A stretch of DNA of 64,000 bases from IMG/VR virus record IMGVR_UViG_3300021957_000026, positions 74-64,073 of that record, one strand, 5' to 3'. A program made the position numbers and the translations under genes. The stretch is from a virus (taxonomy: Duplodnaviria > Caudoviricetes). Positions 1-6,698 of the stretch are shown piece after piece (positions within the stretch are counted from its first letter, which is position 1; each line of letters starts with the position of its first letter). The notes below the pieces were generated by a model. The model saw only the letters and a list, made by a program, of their open reading frames with translations, did not search any database and was not told where the DNA came from.

Positions 1-859
1 TGTAACTTGCTTGACTACCAGATATCTGGTTATCAGATCCCGCTACAATAACATTGTAGTCTCCAAAGATACTATTGCCACTACCAAGTATAGCAGCAGA
101 ATATAGTGAGTTGACTTCATTCTCTCCAATAATAAGTGATTCAGCATCAATATAAAGCTTCCTATCTGAACCGTCAAGATCCCCTGTGATAAGTATATCT
201 TGTCCACCAGCATTTATTTTATACCCAGAATCAAAAGTTTTAATTCCACTTATAGTCTGAGAACCTGTTATGCTTACACTAGTATTTAATTTAGTGTGGT
301 CAGCATCTGTAAACACATTTGAATCCGTGGCGGATTCTACAAGAGTCCTAATCTCTGCTGCCGTTTGATCAGCCGTAGCTGCAGTCTCGATACCGTCTAA
401 TTTAGATCCGTCTGCTGATACGTCTCGACCATCAATATTACCAACATTAGTAATGGAGTTAGTCCCCATGTTAAGATCTCCAGTCTTAAGCTCGACTCCA
501 CCATCAATAATAAGAGACTCAGAATCAATAAATAACTTCTTATTACCACCTACTAAATCTCCTGTAATATTGATTACGTCGGAATTTGCAGATATTTGGA
601 TGCCAGAAAGAAATGTTTTTAATCCTGTTATCGTTTCAGCGCCTGTTATATTTACATATAAAGCCTGATTATCGGTATTTATTAAATTACTATATTCAGC
701 AAGACTTAAGTGATAATACTGCCCTCCAGCACCTCCTTGTATACCTACTAAACTATTGTGTTGGGTATTCCCTAAATCCAACTGTACGGCGTCTGTAGAA
801 CTAGATACGACTTTTAGTTCTACATTCTCTTTTTCTGTAACTGTTACATTAACGCTCAT
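1..859 (-). CDS. Tail fibre / virion structural protein, truncated at window edge (not in ORF track)
   Basis: Hand translation from ATG at 859 (ATGA overlap with upstream stop) stays open to base 1: MSVNVTVTEK...HNSLVGIQGGAGGQYYHLS...DGSKLDGIETAATADQTAAEIRTLVESATDSNVFTDADHTKL; GxxTIxGxKTF repeats typical of fibre proteins. Confidence 0.75.
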   Translation of the reverse strand, partial: MSVNVTVTEKENVELKVVSSSTDAVQLDLGNTQHNSLVGIQGGAGGQYYHLSLAEYSNLINTDNQALYVNITGAETITGLKTFLSGIQISANSDVINITGDLVGGNKKLFIDSESLIIDGGVELKTGDLNMGTNSITNVGNIDGRDVSADGSKLDGIETAATADQTAAEIRTLVESATDSNVFTDADHTKLNTSVSITGSQTISGIKTFDSGYKINAGGQDILITGDLDGSDRKLYIDAESLIIGENEVNSLYSAAILGSGNSIFGDYNVIVAGSDNQISGSQASY

Positions 860-1203
860 GGAAGAGGAGTAGCTGTTCCACTAATAGTGGCCGTACCATA
901 CAACAATCTATCAACACAATTATCTGATTTTACTAAAAAAATATCATAAGAGCTATACGCAGGTTCTATAGCTTGGGTATCTGCACTACTCAAAGACATA
1001 GAAGCGCCCCCATTTGAAAGGTCAGTCTCGGTATATGTAAAGGTAGCTTGGACATGATGATCATAATCCCTATAAACAACTCCAGTTAGATAAACAGCAT
1101 CGGTTGACAAGTCATAAGGAGAGCCATCGTCATCTGTTAATGTAACAGGGATACTAAAGCATGTTCCTTGCTCAATAGTTATATTGTATTTTTGCCCAGC
1201 CAT
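856..1203 (-). CDS. Virion structural protein (BppU/baseplate-upper-like N-terminal fold)
   Basis: YNITIEQGxxF...YDL...YD...RLLYG pattern seen in phage fibre-associated proteins; directly upstream of the fibre gene; GTGTAA element upstream. Confidence 0.6.
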   Translation of the reverse strand: MAGQKYNITIEQGTCFSIPVTLTDDDGSPYDLSTDAVYLTGVVYRDYDHHVQATFTYTETDLSNGGASMSLSSADTQAIEPAYSSYDIFLVKSDNCVDRLLYGTATISGTATPLP

Positions 1204-1212
1204 TACTAAATC

Positions 1213-1524
1213 TTACACAATATTCTGTTCTCTGAGCTTTTTATTTTCACTCCGAAGATATTTAATTTCTATTTTTAATTCCGTAACTTGTACGGTAAGC
1301 TCTTGGATCTGATCCCTCATAGCTTTTTTCTGGTCAGAAGCATCCATTAAAAGAGTCTCTAAACGATCTACTCTTGTAATTAGATTGTCTCTCAAAATAG
1401 CTTCTGTTTCATAGTCTATTTTAGCTAAAGTTTTATTTAGAATTAACTTTTTCTCCAAAAACTTCCATATTCCTCCTCCTAGAACAGCAGATATCAAAGC
1501 TGTTAAGATAGTTGGTTCGTCCAT
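1213..1524 (-). CDS. Membrane-anchored coiled-coil protein (holin/lysis-accessory candidate)
   Basis: N-terminal hydrophobic helix ILTALISAVLGGGIW followed by heptad-rich coiled coil. Confidence 0.5.
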   Translation of the reverse strand: MDEPTILTALISAVLGGGIWKFLEKKLILNKTLAKIDYETEAILRDNLITRVDRLETLLMDASDQKKAMRDQIQELTVQVTELKIEIKYLRSENKKLREQNIV

Positions 1525-1587
1525 AAATATTAGTTACACAACTTTTTAATTTTGTGTGTAAACAATATTGACTAATTATAAGTTTGT

Positions 1588-2658
1588 ATGGAGAGACGCA
1601 AACACGACACGAGTATCGAAAAAGCCGAAGCTTTCACAAGAAAGTTTTGTAATCCAGAAGATAGCGCAACTATCTCTGAGATAGACGTACACGCTAGAGA
1701 AGTAGCTTGGGCTTTGTTAAAAAGAATTAAACATTTAGAGCAACAATCTTGTGTTTGTGAAGAGTGTGGTAACGAAGTAGAAGACCAACCTTTAGAAGAA
1801 GAGACCACAGAAGAAGAGGTAACAGTTGAAAAAAAACAAGCGCAAGAAGTCAAAGCTGAAACAGGTGAGACTTCTACTATGGATAAGCTAACAGAAATAG
1901 CTGAAAAAAATAAAGATATTTTAGATAAAGCTGCAAAAGGCACCGCTGCTGCAGCCGCTGCTGGAGCAACAACCCAAACAGCAAGTGCCGCTACTGGTTT
2001 AAGTGCTTTTGTACAAGAGACAGTTCAAAAAGTAGGAACGATTGGGGTCGCTGGAACTATGTCCATAGGTAGTGGAGCTTACTTCCAAGCTAAGACAACA
2101 AAAGAAAAAGGTACTGAGATAGCTGTTGTGGCAGAACAAGAGCATAAAGTATTTTCTAATTTAAATGATTTTACTGAAACAACAATTGGGTTCCAACCTT
2201 TCGGAGGTGTTACCGAGGCAATTGTAGAATATGCCGAAAAAGGTTATGGAGATGTCATTGGTACATCTGAAGAAGGTTACGAAGGAGGAGAAGGAGAAGG
2301 TGAGGAATCTAGCGGTGAAGAGGAAGAGAGTGAAGCCTCAAATGAAGAAACCTCTAACGAGGGCAAAGGAAATGAAGGCGAGCCTACCGAAGAAAAGAAT
2401 AAAGAAGGTGAAGAAGAAGCTGTTAAAGAAGAAGAATCTGTAGAAACCGAAGAGAAAACTGAAGAAGAAACCGAAGGGGAAGAATCAGAAGAGGAGTCTA
2501 ACGAAAACGAAGAGGAAAACGAAGAGAAAAACGAAGAGGAAGAAGAAGAGTCCGAAGAGGGCGAAAAGAAGAAAACAGATCTTGAGGACTCAGAAGAAAC
2601 AATAGAACTAGAAGAAGATGATCAGGTCACTCAAGTACCTGATGTTATAACCAGATAA
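1588..2658 (+). CDS. Hypothetical protein with CxCxxC motif, Ala/Gly/Thr-rich hydrophobic core and ~120-aa Glu-rich tail
   Basis: 356-aa ORF; CVCEECG; GTAAAAAAGATT...GTIGVAGTMSIGSG; poly-Glu low-complexity C-terminus. Confidence 0.75.
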   Translation: MERRKHDTSIEKAEAFTRKFCNPEDSATISEIDVHAREVAWALLKRIKHLEQQSCVCEECGNEVEDQPLEEETTEEEVTVEKKQAQEVKAETGETSTMDKLTEIAEKNKDILDKAAKGTAAAAAAGATTQTASAATGLSAFVQETVQKVGTIGVAGTMSIGSGAYFQAKTTKEKGTEIAVVAEQEHKVFSNLNDFTETTIGFQPFGGVTEAIVEYAEKGYGDVIGTSEEGYEGGEGEGEESSGEEEESEASNEETSNEGKGNEGEPTEEKNKEGEEEAVKEEESVETEEKTEEETEGEESEEESNENEEENEEKNEEEEEESEEGEKKKTDLEDSEETIELEEDDQVTQVPDVITR

Positions 2659-2662
2659 TACT

Positions 2663-2854
2663 ATGGGAGATTTATTCGATAAAATACTAGCCCCTTACAT
2701 GGGGTCTATGCCTGAATTTATTATTTCGATATTAGGCTTATTAGGGACTCTTTCTTACATAGTCCCCGAAGATAGTAAATTGGGCAGGTTATTGGGTAAG
2801 TTAACGGGTAATCTAATTAAACTTAAGAATTTTATACTAAAAAAGAAGAAATGA
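2663..2854 (+). CDS. Small membrane protein (holin-like)
   Basis: 63 aa; hydrophobic FIISILGLLGTLSYIV and basic C-terminus; coupled to next gene. Confidence 0.55.
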   Translation: MGDLFDKILAPYMGSMPEFIISILGLLGTLSYIVPEDSKLGRLLGKLTGNLIKLKNFILKKKK

Positions 2855-3681
2855 AGCGCACACTCATAACTTTACTCTCAATTATTTCTGTAGCTAAATC
2901 TGCTGTTATTACTTCTGTAGAAGGGAATATATTCCTGATAAACCCTACAGAAAACCCTAATATTAACCCTTTAGTCAATATTCAAAGACCGATTGAAATC
3001 AGCAATGAGGAAATTGTAGATATAGCCGAAAGTAAAGATAAAAAATTAGACATGGTTATTACTTGGGACGCAGATGAAGAACAGATTTATGATTTTTATG
3101 ACGCCCCAAATTGGAATTTTTCACAATCAGATTCTCAGGAATTAAATAGAGATTTTCCCATCTCTAATATATTGACTATAACAGACGCCCTAATACTTGA
3201 AGATAGCCCCTCTTATTCAAACATTGAAATTAATGATGGGTTTTCAGTGACATTAATATCTACGGATTTTACCTTCCAAAACAACAATGGCTTCACAGGA
3301 GTTGAAGATGATGAAAATGTGTATTCAGTTTTAAATATAACTGAAGGTTCAAGTATGGATGCTATGTTTTCTGCAATTGGTCTAAAGATAAATGTAGATT
3401 CAACTAGTAGTTTAACATTACGAGGAGCTGGGGACTCAATCAATAGTCAGATAGAAAGATCTATCGTTAATTTATCTCCAAACGCGCAGCTCACTCTAGA
3501 TTCAATAGAGGAGTTTTCAGAACAGGGTGATGATATTTATTTGAATGGTGTATCGTTCTCCCAAAACCCATCTATTTTAAAGTTCAGTGGTACAACGGGT
3601 ACTGCGATCCCAGAGGTGAATTTTATTCTTTTTAGCGCCATACCTATAATACTACTTCTTAATAAAAAAAGACGCTCATAA
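2851..3681 (+). CDS. Secreted protein with PEP-CTERM-like sorting signal
   Basis: Signal peptide MKRTLITLLSIISVAKSA; C-terminus AIPE-VNFILFSAIPIILLL-NKKRRS (motif + TM helix + basic tail). Confidence 0.7.
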   Translation: MKRTLITLLSIISVAKSAVITSVEGNIFLINPTENPNINPLVNIQRPIEISNEEIVDIAESKDKKLDMVITWDADEEQIYDFYDAPNWNFSQSDSQELNRDFPISNILTITDALILEDSPSYSNIEINDGFSVTLISTDFTFQNNNGFTGVEDDENVYSVLNITEGSSMDAMFSAIGLKINVDSTSSLTLRGAGDSINSQIERSIVNLSPNAQLTLDSIEEFSEQGDDIYLNGVSFSQNPSILKFSGTTGTAIPEVNFILFSAIPIILLLNKKRRS

Positions 3682-3687
3682 ATAACC

Positions 3688-3719
3688 AAAAACGGCATCC
3701 GTAAGGGATGCCGTTTTTT
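3688..3719. terminator. Bidirectional intrinsic terminator between convergent genes
   Basis: aaaaacggcatcc-gtaag-ggatgccgttttt perfect inverted repeat with A/T tracts on both sides. Confidence 0.85.
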
Positions 3720-3721
3720 AT

Positions 3722-3958
3722 TTAATCGAAAAGCTCTCTTTCTAACTTCCTGTATCGAGCGTCAGAATGCCAGACTTCATCACTCTGAGGGGTGTACGTC
3801 CCCTCCTGAGTCTGAACTGGAATCCCCGCCTTGAGCTTTAAGGAAGACGGCTGATATATGTTTAAAGTCGTCGTTTTCGGACTTGAGCCGCCGCCGCAGG
3901 AGGTCAGCCCGATCAGAGGAGTTACTATCACCAGCAGCCCGTAATTCTTCAATTTCAT
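3722..3958 (-). CDS. Lipoprotein, o-spanin (Rz1)-like
   Basis: MKLKNYGLLVIVTPLIGLTSC: lipobox LTS-C then GGGSS linker; overlaps upstream gene out of frame; start 3958 or 3970. Confidence 0.65.
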   Translation of the reverse strand: MKLKNYGLLVIVTPLIGLTSCGGGSSPKTTTLNIYQPSSLKLKAGIPVQTQEGTYTPQSDEVWHSDARYRKLERELFD

Positions 3959-4076
3959 TAATAAGTTCATTTTTTATCTTTCTATGGTTGTTTTTAATTT
4001 CAAAAAAAGCCAATTTATTCCTTAATTCAAGGTACAATTTAAGACTTTGAGCCAGAGTTTTAATCAAGGACATCAT
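3780..4076 (-). CDS. Coiled-coil protein, i-spanin (Rz)-like candidate
   Basis: Likely start MMSLIK at 4076, 11 nt after GTGTAT; helical; 3' half overlaps the lipoprotein gene. Confidence 0.5.
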   Translation of the reverse strand: MMSLIKTLAQSLKLYLELRNKLAFFEIKNNHRKIKNELINEIEELRAAGDSNSSDRADLLRRRLKSENDDFKHISAVFLKAQGGDSSSDSGGDVHPSE

Positions 4077-4083
4077 ACTTCTT

Positions 4084-4887
4084 TTATATACACTCCAAAA
4101 CTTGTTTCCACTCCATTTCTCCAATTACAGAAGTCAGTTTAGTAATGTCTGCCTTAGTAAACTTTTGGTACTGTCCTTTTAAGTTCGAAGGTAGAGCAAT
4201 CTGCTTGACTTTTGCGCCAGAGTTCTCAGCCATCTTGTCAGCAATGTCTTTAAATGAAACAGAATTACCAGTCCCGACATTATAAATACCAGAGTCATCA
4301 TGATGAAGCATACGATAATGCACCTCACAAACGTCTTCGACGTTAACAAAATCTCTGCTTGCTTTGGTCCTAAAAACTTTGATCTCTCCATCTTCTTGAA
4401 CTTGTTTGATAAATTTAGTTATCGGGCTTGCTTGATCACCCTTGCCTTCTTCGTGTTGACCATAGACATTAAAATATCTAAATCCTTGATACGGATGATC
4501 TTCATTTAACAACCAATTGTCAAACATATATTTACTATATGCATAAGGGCTTAGAGGGGTACAGAACTGGTCTTCCTCAAAGGTCTCTGCCAAACCGTAG
4601 ACTGAAGCACTACTTGCATACTGAAATTTTATTCCCATATTCGCACACATTTGATAAAGTGTGCCAGAGAATATAAAATTCTCATTTAATATTTTTTTTA
4701 GATCTTTCTCTGTTGTACTAGAATTAGCACCGAGGTGGATAACAGCATCAACCGCATGAAGATCAGGAAACTTCTTTTTAGAAGACTTAAGATCAAAACC
4801 TATAACTTCAAGACCCCTCTTTGACAAATAAGGGCAGAGATTCTTACCAATAAAACCTTCGCTACCAGTAACAACAACCCTTTTCAT
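4084..4887 (-). CDS. hldD: ADP-L-glycero-D-manno-heptose 6-epimerase-like extended SDR
   Basis: VTGSEGFIG, HLGANSSTTE, YASSASVYG, YAYSK, GFRYFNVYG, YQKFTKAD match the RfaD/HldD family. Confidence 0.85.
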   Translation of the reverse strand: MKRVVVTGSEGFIGKNLCPYLSKRGLEVIGFDLKSSKKKFPDLHAVDAVIHLGANSSTTEKDLKKILNENFIFSGTLYQMCANMGIKFQYASSASVYGLAETFEEDQFCTPLSPYAYSKYMFDNWLLNEDHPYQGFRYFNVYGQHEEGKGDQASPITKFIKQVQEDGEIKVFRTKASRDFVNVEDVCEVHYRMLHHDDSGIYNVGTGNSVSFKDIADKMAENSGAKVKQIALPSNLKGQYQKFTKADITKLTSVIGEMEWKQVLECI

Positions 4888-4892
4888 GTAGG

Positions 4893-4921
4893 ATTATATT
4901 AAAGATCTCCAGTATCTTCAA
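4893..4921 (-). promoter_or_regulatory. Sigma70-type promoter of hldD (near-leaderless)
   Basis: TTGAAG-17 nt-TATAAT; -10 ends 5 nt before ATG 4887. Confidence 0.65.
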
Positions 4922-5870
4922 CAACTTCTTTGATGTCATTTAAAAACGGATAAGCATTTAACAAGTCCTGATGCTGGGCAAATGATTCATCGTCCCATCC
5001 CCATTCAGAAAACTTTTCTTCATCGTCCCAAGCCAGAACATCTTCTGAAGCCATAGAACTAACAGGCTTCTTAGACCAGAACTTACAACTCCAGTACCTT
5101 GGGGTAGTTTTATCTTTAGCTGTATCACATTTATGCCTAGCCCTAAAATTCCTTCGCCTAGCTGGGTCATCTCGCTTGATTTCCATATTAGGATCACCAA
5201 ACTTTACCATAACGACATTACCTGTTTTAGGGTTTTTAACATAAACCCCAAACTTTTTCTTACCACCTTTAAGTCGAAAAGGTTTATTTAAAGTCTTTTT
5301 TTCAGCTTCAGAGTAATCAATATCTTCGATATCTTGATCCGATTCTGTTGAAGCATCAATCTTAACAAAATCCAAACGAGCTAAAGCAAAATCTAATTCA
5401 TCAAAATCAACGAACCCTTTACCCTGCTCTTCTAGATAATACTCTTCAGACCCTTTTGCAACGTCTTGATCTGCAGCACGGTACGACTTCTTAACCTTGC
5501 CTCCACGAAGCATCTTTAAGAACATATTGACCCTAGCCATCGCCCACTGACCTCTAGTCTTGTTGGGACGGTGACTAGAGCTAAAAGCACCAGAACCACG
5601 GCGATAGATCTTCTTTAATTGACCTAAAGTCGCTTTTTTGGAATACTTCTCATTATGCTCTTTTACTTTATTTTTAAGAGCCGTAACAACCTTTTCTGAA
5701 AAAGTAATTTTCTTTCCATCTTTCCCTGCGCTGCCCTTCTCATTTTTAGAAGAGCCTTTTTTACGCTCACTAGGCTTAGAAGGGGTCTGAGCGCCACCCT
5801 TAGGGCCAGAACGTTTAGCAGACTGAGATTCAATGAAATTTTTAGCTTCTTTAGAAAAATCGTATTCCAT
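4899..5870 (-). CDS. Basic multi-domain phage protein of unknown function
   Basis: Two Lys/Arg-rich modules (YRRGSGAF...QWAMARVN; KFGDPNM...FRARHKC...YWSCKFW) with acidic linkers; start 5870 is 10 nt after GTGTAA. Confidence 0.75.
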   Translation of the reverse strand: MEYDFSKEAKNFIESQSAKRSGPKGGAQTPSKPSERKKGSSKNEKGSAGKDGKKITFSEKVVTALKNKVKEHNEKYSKKATLGQLKKIYRRGSGAFSSSHRPNKTRGQWAMARVNMFLKMLRGGKVKKSYRAADQDVAKGSEEYYLEEQGKGFVDFDELDFALARLDFVKIDASTESDQDIEDIDYSEAEKKTLNKPFRLKGGKKKFGVYVKNPKTGNVVMVKFGDPNMEIKRDDPARRRNFRARHKCDTAKDKTTPRYWSCKFWSKKPVSSMASEDVLAWDDEEKFSEWGWDDESFAQHQDLLNAYPFLNDIKEVVEDTGDL

Positions 5871-5880
5871 TTGCATTCAA

Positions 5881-6069
5881 TTACACTTCTTTTTCAAAAA
5901 CTTCTAAATATGTTTTGTTTTTTTCTTCATCTGACATAGAAGAGAATTGCTTATTCACTTCATTAGCAGTCAAAGCTGAAACAATATCTATTAATTCTGT
6001 AAAAGAGATGTTTGAAGCCATCCGATTAACCAACTCTTTTTTGAGTTCAGTCTCTTGTTCTTCAGTCAT
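5881..6069 (-). CDS. Hypothetical protein
   Basis: 62-aa ORF coupled to neighbours. Confidence 0.6.
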   Translation of the reverse strand: MTEEQETELKKELVNRMASNISFTELIDIVSALTANEVNKQFSSMSDEEKNKTYLEVFEKEV

Positions 6070-6277
6070 CTTTTTGTTCGTAGATCCTCAAATCTGGCTG
6101 ATTAGTATTAGCCTCTTTGAATTTATTCTTAAAGCAAACAATCTTAAAAGATTTGCCATTAACTTTAATGCTACCCGAATAGAAAGATTGATTAGATCCA
6201 TCTACACGCCATAAAGCACCAACTTCTCTTTCTGACCAATCAGAGCTTTTTTTATTATTATCGTTATTATTTTCCAT
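6062..6277 (-). CDS. DUF736-like small beta protein (possible ssDNA-binding)
   Basis: VGALW...YSGSI...NKFK...QPDLRIY pattern. Confidence 0.55.
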   Translation of the reverse strand: MENNNDNNKKSSDWSEREVGALWRVDGSNQSFYSGSIKVNGKSFKIVCFKNKFKEANTNQPDLRIYEQKDD

Positions 6278-6419
6278 AATTAATTTCAGATTTTTTATTT
6301 TTAGGTAAAAGATTGTAACGCTTCTTTAATCTACGGTAGATTCTTTTTTGGATTGGTTCACAATTATGCAAATCTACATTGCATATCCTTCTTAGTTCTT
6401 TAGATTTTTTTCCACTCAT
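6267..6419 (-). CDS. Small basic hypothetical protein (not in ORF track)
   Basis: Hand translation: MSGKKSKELRRICNVDLHNCEPIQKRIYRRLKKRYNLLPKNKKSEINYGK*; fills the gap and overlaps the next start. Confidence 0.6.
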   Translation of the reverse strand: MSGKKSKELRRICNVDLHNCEPIQKRIYRRLKKRYNLLPKNKKSEINYGK

Positions 6420-6428
6420 ATGAAGTTA

Positions 6429-6448
6429 ACGGGGGCGCTAGCCCCCGT
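6429..6448 (-). terminator. GC-rich hairpin downstream of 6454..6663
   Basis: acgggggc-gcta-gcccccgt; U-tract is weak. Confidence 0.55.
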
Positions 6449-6453
6449 ATTAG

Positions 6454-6663
6454 TTAAGCAAGATTCACTGACGCGACACTAGACTTAGCTAGCTTACGCG
6501 ATTGGTTCCTATTTCGGTCGTACACATGAATGTAGGAGTTAGTTTCATGCATGAACTGAGCGTTCACAACATCTCCCTGAGTTGTGTAAAGGCCAAAAAA
6601 TCGACCCTTAGATTCCCGAATAGACCGCAAAGCAGACGTTTGCTTTCTTGTTAGCTTCTTCAT
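6454..6663 (-). CDS. Small hypothetical protein with its own sigma70-type promoter
   Basis: 69-aa ORF flanked by a promoter and a hairpin. Confidence 0.7.
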   Translation of the reverse strand: MKKLTRKQTSALRSIRESKGRFFGLYTTQGDVVNAQFMHETNSYIHVYDRNRNQSRKLAKSSVASVNLA

Positions 6664-6669
6664 ATGCTT

Positions 6670-6698
6670 ATGTTAGGTACATTGGGTGTATTTTTCAA
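6670..6698 (-). promoter_or_regulatory. Sigma70-type promoter (leaderless)
   Basis: TTGAAA-17 nt-TAACAT, 6 nt before ATG 6663. Confidence 0.6.

Noticed and set aside
2270-2625. GAA-rich tandem-like DNA repeat
   Set aside because: Explained by poly-Glu coding; no fixed repeat unit
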